Shown here piece after piece: positions 51,201 through 61,243 of a stretch of 64,000 nucleotides of DNA. The notes under the pieces are model-generated. The model did not search any database, had not been told where the DNA came from, and worked only from the letters and a program-made list of their open reading frames with translations. Both the position numbers and the translations under genes were made by a program. The number at the start of each line of letters is the position of its first letter. Position 1 is the first letter of the stretch. Source of the DNA: Desulfomonilia bacterium (lineage in GTDB: Bacteria; Desulfobacterota; Desulfomonilia; UBA1062); NCBI GenBank assembly GCA_963664325.2, contig CAXXDQ010000003.1, positions 320,001 to 384,000 of the forward strand, given 5' to 3'.

Positions 51201-51379
51201 GGCATTCGATAGGCACCGGCGTTATAGGCGGCATGCTCGGGGCGACGCTCATAGCAATATTCTTCATCCCCCTGTTCTTCGTCTTATTTGAAAAGGAGGG
51301 AAAGGAGAAAGCCTCGGCCGAAGCAGGTGAAGTGGAAAAAACTGCAGTTAAAGAACCTTTTGAAAAGGAGGGAAACTGA
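48215..51379 (+). CDS. HAE1 RND efflux permease 2
   Basis: VVDDAIVVIENVER, AKNAILIFEFA, RIRPIVMTS. Confidence 0.95.
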   Translation: MFSKFFIERPIFASVISLVIVIAGGVAMYNLPIAQYPDITPPCITVSTNYPGASADVIANNVAAPIELQVNGVDNMIYMQSASSSTGSMNLMVYFDIGTNPDMAQVNVQNRVSLAMPMLPQAVANQGVQVQKKSTSFMMIIGIYSPDGRYDQNYVANYANLYVLSALQMVNGANQSSILGMPNYAMRIWLKPDRMAQLGITATDVTSAIYNQNQQFAVGKIGAAPTDHPVEQTFTVSTQGRLTTPDEFENIIIRSKKNGAIVRLRDVGSAQLGAQDYSVRTKMNGKTATLIAVYQQAGANAMDVSKQVKETMEKLKKSFPDGIDYKIALDSTEFIRASIKDVIITFFIACVLVILVVFIFIQNVKATIIPILAVPISIIGTAIGMMLFGFSLNMLTLFGMVLAIGIVVDDAIVVIENVERNMEQNKLPPKEAAIKAMEEVSGPVVAIVLVLCAVFLPVAFLSGMTGQLYKQFAITIAISVVFSGIIALTLSPALAAILLKHREGEKKGFFKWFEAGFTGFTNSYVRGVEKILSRKKMAVIIFLLVIAASAAMFLHIPTGFVPPEDQGYLFGISMLPDASSLDKTEAVDDRAAEVFKSHPAVQDVSEFSGYSLIDSQTKTNAGVIFVSLKDFEKRKGLKLSAKAVMFKANNEFVTYKDAMVFPSNPPSIPGLGNMGGFQFWILNQGEGDTTKLAAVTQKFIEEANKQPELSKVNSTINPFSQQVWVDVDREKAENLGVPVQDVYQTLQIFFGSVYISQFTKFSRLWQVIVQAESKYRLKPEDLGQVYVRSNDNKMVPMKALITTKYYSGPDIMNRFNNFPAASIIGGAATGHSSGEAIAAMERVAKQVLPQDFSFAWEGEAFEQKKASSASSMVFVFGLVMVFLILAAQYEKWSLPFGVLMAVPFALFGALLAILLRGTENDIYFQIGLLTLIALAAKNAILIFEFAVDQMKAGMSVREAALTAARLRIRPIVMTSIAFVLGCVPLAVASGASMNSRHSIGTGVIGGMLGATLIAIFFIPLFFVLFEKEGKEKASAEAGEVEKTAVKEPFEKEGN

Positions 51380-51380
51380 C

Positions 51381-52815
51381 ATGATTAGGCGAATCATATA
51401 TCTTTTGATAATACTGACGCTCAGTGCCTGCGCCCTTGGAAAGGATTACAAGCGTCCCAAGATCGACACGCCTGAGAAGTTCAGGTTTTCAGAGAAGGAC
51501 GCAACGGCCATAGCGGATTCCGCCTGGTGGAAGACCTTCGGGGACGCGAATCTGGACAGCATCATCGATGAGGCGGTCAAGAATAACTATGACGTGAGGG
51601 TCGCCGAGGCAAGAGTCGAAGAATATATGGGAAAATTGAAGACAACCCGGTCATTCCTGTTCCCGCAGATCGGCGGCACTGCTGCGGGAGAAAGGCAAAA
51701 GTATTCCGAAAAGGGCATTACCACGATACCGGATAGCCAGAGTCCTTATGTCAATCTGTATCAGGCTAACCTCGCTGTTTCCAGCTGGGAGATCGACCTG
51801 TGGGGCAAATTGAGAAGAGCCACCGAGGCCGCGAGGGCCGACATGATAGGACAGGAGGAATACAAGAAGGGCATCCTCCTGACCGTCATCAACAAGGTCG
51901 CCATCGGATATCTCAATCTTGTCAGCCTGGACATCCAGCTTAAAATCGCCAGGGATACAGTAGGCACAAGGGCCGAGAATCTGAAGATATTCCAGGAGAG
52001 ATATGATGCGGGTACGGTCTCCGGCGTTGTGCTGAATCAGAACGCCTCAGACTATTACGCCGCTCTCGCCTCGATACCGCAGATTGAAAACCAGATTTCA
52101 CAGCAGGAGGACAATCTTGCCATCCTGCTCGGAAGAAATCCCGGGCCTATAGAAAGGACAATCCCGAAAAAAGATATATCTTATCCGGCCGTTCCTTCGG
52201 GGATCCCCTCCGACCTGCTTGACAGGAGGCCGGACATAAGGCAGGCGGAGGAGGCCCTGCATGCCGCTCAGGCAAGGATATGGGTTGCGAAGTCCCAGTA
52301 TTTTCCGAGCATACAGCTGAGAGGCGCATATGGCGTTGCAAGCACAGAGCTCAACAGCCTGTTCACGGGACCTGCCAACACATGGAACTTCATCGTTCCG
52401 ATAACCGCCCCTATATTCACGGCGGGCAACATCGCAGGCCAGGTCAGGACAGCCGAGGCCGCGCAGAAGGAGGCGCTGGCGACATACCAGAAGACCATCC
52501 AGCAGGCGTTCGCCGATGTCGAAAAACTCGCTCATAAACAACCAGAAGAGCCGTGAGCAGGCGGATGTCTTGTCCAAGCAGGTTGTCGCCCTGACAAACT
52601 ATTACCAGCTCGCCCGCCTGCAGTATGAAAACGGATACACCGACTACACGACGGTTATGGACGCCGAAAGGCAGCTATTCAGCTGCGAACTCAACTATGT
52701 CCAGACAAGGTTCACGCAGGGGGTCGCCCTGATAAACCTCTTCACATCACTGGGTGGAGGATGGAAGGACGCCGAGGCTGTCGAGAACGCGGACAGGAAG
52801 CAGGCGAAAAAATAG
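51381..52815 (+). CDS. NodT/OprM-family outer-membrane factor, +1 frameshift at about 52525
   Basis: ATG 51381, lipobox LSAC, WEIDLWG, LLDRRPDI; C-terminus LFTSLGGGW in another frame after the A-run in GAAAAACTCG. Confidence 0.85.
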
Positions 52816-53029
52816 CTTAAAGGTTTAACAGGGATTCCGGGAATGAAGGTGCATAAAACCTTTTTTCAAGTTTTTATGTTCACTTTGCTTGTGCTTACGA
52901 TTACTGCTGGATGATTAACAAAAGGCAATGCTTAAACCCACACTCTATTTGTTCTAAGTTCATTAGAGATTTCGTGCCAAGATACAAGCTTTGAAAATGT
53001 ATCAATAAATGATAGATCTCTGTCTCAGA

Positions 53030-53769
53030 TCATGAATTTCTCGCTACTCTGTGTGAGCAGCCCTTTCCGGTTATATGGAAATCGTGCATGCCGAAGGTCC
53101 CCAGCCCTGCAGCATATGCTATGTGACGGTGCGACCGCGGCGAAGCCCAACCCACCACCGGATACCTCTTCTTCCTGAACATGGGGGTTACGTCTGGGGC
53201 TATGGCCAATATGCCGTTTCCCATCAGGAATTCAATAACTTCCCGGACGACGGTCTGGCTGAATATCTCGCCTGAAAGCCTTGTCTGAGCCCACCACTCC
53301 GAGGGCCAGTCTGTTTGGCCTTGTCGGAATTGGTCCTTTTCGTGATAGGCATGACGAACAACACAAAACTGAGGTCCCTGGCTTCAGGCGGGGCAACGCC
53401 GTTCTTTTCCGCCTGCCAGGCCATTATCTCATAGGGAGTGAAATGGTGGGGGCAGATGATCCTTTTAAAGTCTGTGAAAATGGGGTCGTCACCTCTGACA
53501 AAATCTATGAGCGACTCGTCAAATATCTTCTCGCCGTAAAATGGATATTCCATGCTGTTGTCAGGATGACTGGCGATTTTATCTCTGAGGGTGCTGATAA
53601 ACCATGCCTCTTCAAATTTGGAGTCGCTTCCTTTGCTTGCTTTATTCAGAGATGGCTGCTCCGGATGGCCTATGCCGCGCATCTCGCCGATGGTGTTCTT
53701 TATGCCGCCTATATCGCTCAGAAAGAAAAACCTGCGATAACCGTCCTTCATTTTTCGTCTGTGGTCCAT
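53030..53769 (-). pseudogene. truncated epoxyqueuosine-reductase-like (QueG-like) gene
   Basis: GDDPIF, HHFTP, SHRHIAYAAGLGTFG motifs; frameshifted and lacks the C-terminal 4Fe-4S domain. Confidence 0.6.
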
Positions 53770-53852
53770 AAAAGCATGACCTTCTCTCGTCGATTGTACA
53801 ATTATACCGTTTCGTTTATATTGATTCAAATATTTGTTTTGGAGGTGTTTTG

Positions 53853-54674
53853 ATGGCAGGAAGGTCGGTCATAATAACCGGGGCGAGTGACGGGATCGGC
53901 GCATCGGCAGCGCGAACCCTTAAAAAGCATGGGGAGCGAGTTGTCATTGTCGGGCGTTCACCGGAAAAGACAAAGGCAATTTCTGACGAACTCGGAGTAG
54001 ACAGCTTCACTGTGGACTACGCCGATTTCTCCCAGGTTCGCACCCTTGCAGCTGCATTGCTTGCAAAATATGAGCGCATCGATGTCCTCGTGAACAATGC
54101 AGGCCTTACATGGAATGACCGCACGGTTACCAAAGACGGACATGAAATAATCTTCCAGGTGAATCACCTGGCCCCATTCCTCCTGACCAACCTTCTGAAA
54201 GACCGGCTTATAGCCTCCCGGTCAAGCATTATATTTACATCAAGCGTCGGCCACAAATTCGGGCATGTGAATCTTGACGACCTGGAGAGCGAACGCAAAT
54301 ACAGTGCACTTAACGCCTACAGCATATCGAAGCTGGAAAACATCCTCTTCATGAAGGAGCTAGCAAGAAGGTGGGGGCCTCAGGGCATCAGCACGGCGGC
54401 CTTTCATCCAGGAAACATAGCATCGCATTTCGCCAGCGAGGCAAAGGGATTCATATACCTGCTGTACAATTCGCCGATGAAATATCTTTTCCTGAGCAAG
54501 CCTGAAAAGGGCGCGGATAAGCTCATCTGGCTGGCTGAAGGCGAGCCCGGCAGGGACTGGATCTCGGGCGAATATTACTACAAACGCAAGGCCAGGAAAC
54601 CCAATAAGGAAGCCCTTGACCCCGTCCTGGCCGGTAAACTGTGGGACATTTCCGCACGTCTTGTAGGCCTTTAG
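53853..54674 (+). CDS. short-chain dehydrogenase/reductase (retinol-DH-like)
   Basis: TGASDGIG, NNAG, VNHLAPFLLT, YSISK. Confidence 0.9.
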   Translation: MAGRSVIITGASDGIGASAARTLKKHGERVVIVGRSPEKTKAISDELGVDSFTVDYADFSQVRTLAAALLAKYERIDVLVNNAGLTWNDRTVTKDGHEIIFQVNHLAPFLLTNLLKDRLIASRSSIIFTSSVGHKFGHVNLDDLESERKYSALNAYSISKLENILFMKELARRWGPQGISTAAFHPGNIASHFASEAKGFIYLLYNSPMKYLFLSKPEKGADKLIWLAEGEPGRDWISGEYYYKRKARKPNKEALDPVLAGKLWDISARLVGL

Positions 54675-54769
54675 GGATACAGCTCTGTTATCCCTGCATC
54701 CCCGGCCAAAAAGAAAAGGCATATCAAGTAAAGGGACATTAGAATGACTGAAAAGGTGAAAAAATCAGT

Positions 54770-55513
54770 ATGGGTCATAGATATGAATATATAATGGGTT
54801 TTTTAACGCTGGTGCTATTCATCGTGATTACCGGCGGTGCATCAGCGTCTCAGGCACAGGTTGGTAATGCGGATTCAGCCGGCATAAAATCAGGTTCGTC
54901 CCAGACCGTCTCAAAACCTTCGATTATCTATGTAACGGATTTTTATCTGGACCCGGACCAGATTACGAAACAGAGCGTTATCAAACGTGACGGGCCCGTC
55001 AAAAAGAGGCTTGATAGAATCAGGGGCGATGATGACCCGGCTGACAAGGCGGCGAAACTCATATCTACCCTGTCGGAAGCAATCGTAGGCGGGATGCAGG
55101 CGGCGGGACAAAAGGCCGAAAGGCGCCCCAACGAAAAAGGTTTGAGGAAAGATTTCATGCCCGAGGCGCTAAACCTCCCTTCCAGCGGATGGCTTGTCGC
55201 CGGATGGTTTTCAAGTGTCGACGAGGGAAACCGTGCGCTCAGTTCCTCCGTAGGCTTCGGGAAAGGCTCAGCGAGCGTTCAGCTGGAGGTCGTGGTCTAT
55301 GATCTTTCAAACAAGGCCGGCGGGCCGTTTCTCCACCTGGGTTCTGACAGCGGGGCTAAAAAGATGCCAGGCGGGCTTATAACCAAGAATCCCTATTCAA
55401 TTGCTGCAAAATACGTCGTTTCGAAGGGTGCCACCGAAAAGGATGTTCAGAAACAGGGCTCGGAGATTGCAAAGGGCCTGCTTCAATATATCAACGATCA
55501 TGCCCTGAAATGA
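54770..55513 (+). CDS. exported DUF4410-like protein
   Basis: signal peptide, IYVTDF, VDEGNR...VGFGKG, GAKKMPG. Confidence 0.6.
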   Translation: MGHRYEYIMGFLTLVLFIVITGGASASQAQVGNADSAGIKSGSSQTVSKPSIIYVTDFYLDPDQITKQSVIKRDGPVKKRLDRIRGDDDPADKAAKLISTLSEAIVGGMQAAGQKAERRPNEKGLRKDFMPEALNLPSSGWLVAGWFSSVDEGNRALSSSVGFGKGSASVQLEVVVYDLSNKAGGPFLHLGSDSGAKKMPGGLITKNPYSIAAKYVVSKGATEKDVQKQGSEIAKGLLQYINDHALK

Positions 55514-55640
55514 TTGTCCCGATTTGTATCGGGCCAACCGGAACAAGGCTGCTCAAAAAAGCCGTTCTCTGTAATTCAAGACTGCATGCGAGCCGTTTCA
55601 TCATTGACGCCCCGATGCAGCCTTGAGTGCGGAAAAGGAA

Positions 55641-56090
55641 TCAGAAGTATTTCTTTTTTTCCACCAGTTTATATTGGACGCCCATCTCGTCGCAGATTTT
55701 CTTGACCGCCTCAAGCACTATGTTCGGGGTTTTCTCTTCTTCACCTTTTGTCTTTTTCGATTCGATGGTCAGCAGGGAGAAGCCGTCTTTCTTGTCTTTG
55801 ATCTTCAGTGTGGCGTCACGCTCTCCTTTTTTAAATTCCAAGCTCATCTTTTTGTCGTCCTGTTTGACGATGGTCACATCGGGGGTTTTCTTGGCGACGT
55901 TGATGGCGGCTTGATATATTGCCTCCGGTGTAGCCTTCAGTTCGACTTCGGCTATGTCATGGGTTTTGCTTACTTCGTAATAGACAATAGCAGATAATAC
56001 CGCTGCGGTTCCGAGACCTCCCATGCACCCGGTTATGCTTACCGGTAGAGTAAACAACAAGCCTAAAATAATCCATTGCCTGATCTTCAT
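55641..56090 (-). CDS. DUF3568-like lipoprotein
   Basis: lipobox ITGC followed by a hydrophobic Gly/Ala segment; small alpha/beta domain. Confidence 0.55.
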   Translation of the reverse strand: MKIRQWIILGLLFTLPVSITGCMGGLGTAAVLSAIVYYEVSKTHDIAEVELKATPEAIYQAAINVAKKTPDVTIVKQDDKKMSLEFKKGERDATLKIKDKKDGFSLLTIESKKTKGEEEKTPNIVLEAVKKICDEMGVQYKLVEKKKYF

Positions 56091-56124
56091 AAATCCTCCT
56101 GCTTTATCAAATATTTTGTCTTTT

Positions 56125-58021
56125 CTAGTTCAATACCGCCACGGAACATGCCGGAACCTCAATAGTAAATGAATCTGTTTTAACATTCAAAGGTTTTTCT
56201 TCAAGCTTTATTGCATGCGGATTTTCAAAAGTGTTCTGGATCAGTGGCGATCCGGCTGAAAGGACGCTCATACGGACCGGACGAATACAAGGCCCTGTGT
56301 TTTTCAGATTGATTCCGACCTTCATTCGCCTTGACGGATGGCGGTTTACGAGCCCGATCGCCATATGCCGCCCGTCACGAGACCTCGTTGCAACGGCGTC
56401 AAGCCACGGGACATTCTTCATTGCCTCGATATTGCCTAACGCTTCAGTGTCGAATGACTGGCTTTCTACATTGCAGCCTACGGATACTTTCTGCATCTTT
56501 GCATACATCAGGAACGGATAATAAATGGCCGTCGGAATCGCCTCCGATTCATTTGTGATAATCGCCGGAAGCACATTTACAAGCTGGGCCAGGTTGGCCA
56601 TGTACAGGTCTTTGCACCGGCGGTGGAACGCATTCAGCATACCCGCACAGTAAACGGCATCCCGCATGCAGTAGTTTATATTGTGCATCGATGATGCCCC
56701 GGGAGCAGGTGGTAGCCACAGGTTCCACTCGTCGAATGTTATGCCTATATTCGACCCGGGCGCGTATTTCCTGATTTGCGCCGCAATGCGTTTGATAATT
56801 TGCTCAGCGGAAAGCGGCGCCGCACAGACTATTTTGTGCAGGCTGTCCCTGTCATAGCTCTCCCTCCAGCCTTCGTTTTCCGGCTGATAGATATGGAAAG
56901 AAAGGGAGTCGATTATGTCTCCGGCCTCTTCTAGGACGGTTTTATTCCAAACATAACCGGGGTCGTCCGGCGAATCGGTATGCACCTTGTCTCCGACCGC
57001 GACGACATGTATGTCAGGGTCGACACCGCGCATGGCAGAGACAAATTTCCTGAGCCGGTCCGTATATTCTTTAGGGCCTGTATGCCCTATCTGCCAGCGT
57101 CCCCAGACCTCGTTGCCTGCACCCCATATCCTGACATTGTAAGGTTCCTTGTGCCCGTTTGCAGCCCTTCGCCCGCCTTCTTTCCCCTCGGCGGGTTCGT
57201 TGCAGTATGCAACCCATCGGGCGGCTTCCTCAGGCGTTCCGTTGCCGTCGTTTATCACAAGGAATGGCTCGGTGCCGACCATCCTGCAGAATTCGATGTA
57301 TTCATCCGTACCCACCAGGTTTGTTTCATGCGACTGCCAGGCCTCATCAAACCTCTCGGGACGGGCTTTCCTTCGGCCCGATCCCGTCCTCCCAGTGATA
57401 GCCGCTTGCGAAGTTCCCACCCGGGTAATCTTATCACAGGGGGTTTCATCGCGCCTTATCAGGTCGAACGTGTCCTTTCTGAGAGCTGAACCGTCCCCGG
57501 TCCAGATGCCGTCATAGATGCAGCGTTCCAGATGTTCAATGAAGTGCCCGTAAACAAAAGGATTGATCTCGCCTGTTACGTCCTCGAGATCGACGTTAAC
57601 CTGAGCCTTCATTGCAGGTATCAGGAAAGAGGGGATCCTGAAGGGTTTTTTAGCCGAATCGGCAACTTCCCCGCCGGTTGCCTGAACTGTAAAGCTTATC
57701 TCCCCGGCTTCCTTCGTATCTATTCTTATCGTGAGTTTTCCGCTGCCCGGAGAGGGTAAGGGCTTTGACTGTATATACAACACCCACAGACAGGGGGAGC
57801 GGCCTCTCCGGAGAAACCTCATCCGCCTTTCTTAACTCTCCGCCCTCGGGACCCATGAAAAGGATGTTTTTGTCCACTCCGGAGCCGTCCACATCAAGCC
57901 CTACTGAAGAGAGCGTAGCCGGAGCAAAAGTATTATTGATTGCGAAGCTGAAACCTGCACCCTCCTTTTTAAGGCTGCCCTTCACGAACAGTTTTCTAAG
58001 GATAAATTCCGGGACCACCAT
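56125..58021 (-). CDS. GH51 alpha-L-arabinofuranosidase with extra N-terminal domain; several +1 insertions
   Basis: YGHFIEHLERCIYDG, out-of-frame YPGGNFASGYHWEDGIG, GNEVWG, FDEWN, NLAQLVNV. Confidence 0.8.
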
Positions 58022-58040
58022 GTCATCCTCCCTTAAGATA

Positions 58041-58110
58041 ATGAAAACCCTGCCGTATAATTTTCAGGCAGGGTTTCATGATAGCACAGCGGGCAGTTTC
58101 CTGCCCACTG
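58041..58110 (-). promoter_or_regulatory. two-hairpin leader (GAAA tetraloop stem plus terminator-like stem) upstream of GH51
   Basis: CAGTGGGCAG-GAAA-CTGCCCGCTG, then ATGAAACCCTGCC...GGCAGGGTTTTCAT just before SD AAGGGAGG. Confidence 0.45.
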
Positions 58111-58269
58111 CAATTCTCAAGTAAATCAATCCATGGGTCTGACTTTACAACCATCCCTTCATATTTGTTATGTTTTAATCAATTAATAAGAAATCAAAGC
58201 AAGCATGTTGTACAGCCACGATTCTTGTGTATATAGGAAGTTAATTCTAGACATTAAGGAGTCAAGACC

Positions 58270-59617
58270 ATGAACCTTGAAAAAGTTGGCCTGGGCCTGC
58301 CAGAGATTCTTCTGCCGAAAAACGGGACCGATCTCACCAAGTGGGCGGTTGTAGGCTTGCGATCAATACACATCGCAGCCTGAAGTTGTGGAAAGAAATT
58401 GAAAAAACAGCCGGGGATAATCCGTCCACTCTGAATATTATTTATCCGGAGGTTTATCTTGAAGAAAATAATCCGGACGAGAGGATTAAAAATATCAATG
58501 AACACATGGTAAAATATATTGCAGACGGGACGCTTGCGGCGCAAAAGCCGGGGTTTGTCCTGGTAGACAGGAAGACATCGCAGGCTCCTTCAAGGAAAGG
58601 GCTCGTTGTCTCTCTTTACCTTGAACAGTATGATTTCAGCCCGGATTCAAAGACCATGATAAGGGCAACCGAAGGGACGGTAATTGACAGGCTGCCTCCC
58701 AGGATCAGGATACGAAAGAATGCCGCCTTAGAATCGCCTCATTATAATGGTGCTTATAGACGACCCCGATAAAACTGTTATCGAACCCTTGTTCAAGAAA
58801 AAACTGAGAAAGCTATATGACTTTGATCTTATGCTGGACTGCGGCTTCATAAAAGGCTGGGCTGTGGATGATGAGGACTCTCTGAATCAGATAGCCTCGG
58901 CACTGGCGGAACTTGCCGAACCTGTCAGTTATGGAGATAAGTATGGTTATAGTGACGGCAGCGTCATGCTCTATGCGATGGGCGACGGCAACCACTCGCT
59001 GGCCACGGCCAAGAGCATATGGGAGGGCATGAAGAAAGAGGCAAAAGACCCGTCAGCTGATCATGGGTCATCCGGCGCGCTACGCCCTTGTCGAACTGGT
59101 CAATATCCATGACCCCGGACTCGAATTCGAACCAATCCACAGGGTGCTTTTCAATACGGACAGAGACGGCCTTATCGGAAAATTCAAGATCTATTGCGAA
59201 TCGGAAGGGTCCGCAGTTTCAATAATTGCCGCCGGCTCGCCGCAGGAACTCTGCCAGAAACCAGCGTCAAGAGCCGATGCGCACCTGATCCCGTTTGTCG
59301 CGGGCGGCCTGTGCGGGACCATAAAAGTAGAAAAGCCCAGGCGCCAGCTTGAATATGCCACGCTCCAGACTTTTCTTGACGGCTACTTGAAGGATAACCC
59401 GGCAACAAAGATCGATTATGTCCATGGTGAAAAGATCGTTGAAGACCTGGGCTCTAAACCCGGCAACATGGGCTTTTTCCTGCCGGTAATCCCCAAGGAT
59501 ACATTTTTTAGAACAATCATCATCGACGGTGTTCTTCCCAGAAAGACCTTTTCGATGGGCCATGCTGACGAGAAACGCTTTTATCTCGAATGCAGGAAGA
59601 TAAAACAGGAGGGATGA
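58270..59617 (+). CDS. DUF1015 family protein, frameshifted
   Basis: WAVVACDQYTSQP (spread over frames), RATEGTV, YAMGDGNHSLATAK, PRKTFSMG. Confidence 0.75.
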
Positions 59618-59621
59618 TAAA

Positions 59622-60210
59622 ATGAAAAGACGGTTGATTCTTGCAGCACCGGTTCTGATTGTCCCTTATTATTATGGCCGCTGCCGCCCCTGCTCAAAGG
59701 CCGTTGAAATGGGCGGAGCCTGTTAAGCTTGAAGGAGTGCCGAATCTCTTCAAGGTCAGTCACGGAACTGTACAGAAGTGCACAGCCTACGACGGAAGGG
59801 TTTAAAAACCTGAAAAAGCTGGGCATAAAAACTCGTGGTCAAACCTCAGGTCTTTTCATACGGATTCGACCCTCCTCAGGGACACCGGCCTCGATTATGA
59901 ACATATTTATATGAAATCCTGGCATGCGGAAAACGAAGACGCCGTGAGTTTTCTGAAAATCGTCACAGACCCGAAGCGCACTCCTGTTCTTATCCACTGC
60001 CAGCATGGCGCAGACCGCACCGGAACCCAGTGTGCGCGGTCTAATCCGGATGGCGGTTCAGGCTGGACAAAGGAAGAGGCGGTCAAAGAAATGACGGAAG
60101 GCGGCTTCGGATTTCATGAAGTCTGGGCGAACCTGCCGGAGTGGATAAAGAACCTCGATGTTGAAAAGATAGAAAAGAGGCCGGACTGCCGGATAATAAA
60201 AAGTAATTAA
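59622..60210 (+). CDS. dual-specificity/tyrosine phosphatase, frameshifted
   Basis: LYRSAQP, HCQHGADRTG (CX5R). Confidence 0.7.
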
Positions 60211-60339
60211 CAAGGGGCGGCTGACCTCAATCGGTTTGACGTGTCTGGTCCTGCCTGTCATTCTGGTAATCACCGGTACCATAACGTCCGGTGAATCGGC
60301 TGGCTCGGCTGTTGCTCATATGCCTTCCCTGACAGGTTT

Positions 60340-60818
60340 TCATTTAACAAGCGCCTTGATCATGGGAGGGGACCAATATACCTACTAGTAATATCGCCAT
60401 GACCGGACGCATCAGATTGACAGGCTTCATGTTGTGTTCTTTAAAGGCTGTCAATGCATGATTTGCAGAAGAAAGGGAAAAGAACAGCAGCATTAATGTC
60501 ACGATGGTCGCGTCCGCGTATCTCCCCCAGTCGAAATATGAAAACGAGCAGGGCCGTCATGGCTGTTGCCAGGTTGTTCAGGCCCGATTGGATCTGATAA
60601 GCCCGATTGGGTTTATAGCCGGTTTTTTCGGAAGAGACATCTCCAAGAATCAAGGATTCAAAGGCTACCGTTCCGCACATTAGAATTACCACGATCGGCC
60701 CTAGAATATGAAACTTCGATTCGGCATCGCTGCCCAGGTATTCTGCGAAGAAATATACAAGCGCTATGCCCGCCGGCCTGATCCACTCCATCATTATTGA
60801 GAGCTTCTTTCTTGTCAT
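60340..60818 (-). CDS. hypothetical 4-5 TM membrane protein, frameshifted
   Basis: hydrophobic helices, YQIQSG; C-terminus HNMKPVNLMRPVMAILL in another frame. Confidence 0.5.
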
Positions 60819-61243
60819 AATTTTATCCTGTTTGACTGACAACTGATTGCTGCTGCGTATGCACTGCTGTACTAATTCCTTGCCATGAGCTGTTATCTCC
60901 GGCAGCTAAACCTTACCTGCCATAAAAGACCGTCTTTCACTGTTTCGGTAAAATTATGACTGATGATTAATTCGGTAAATACTTGTTTCATGCCGGTATA
61001 ATTATCCTCAACAGATCGCCCTGTTATATTCTTCCAATGAAAGGCGCTTTCAAGGGTGGCAGCATTATGTTCAGAGTATAAATGTGGCGTCTCGGAATTC
61101 TAAAACATCTTTTAATTGGTTAAACCCGGCCCTTCCTTATGACTCATATCCAGGACAGTAATATCGTGCTTGAAATCCCGGGCCGGATTTGTATGATGCA
61201 ATTTTAAATAAGTCATGAAAGATTTGCACAAAAGGAGGTATCG

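Noticed and set aside
52516-52556. programmed frameshift in the OMF gene
   Set aside because: One extra A in a homopolymer within the error-rich region; artefact is more parsimonious
52912-52914. TGA as selenocysteine at the lipobox position
   Set aside because: No SECIS-like hairpin downstream and the frame closes soon after
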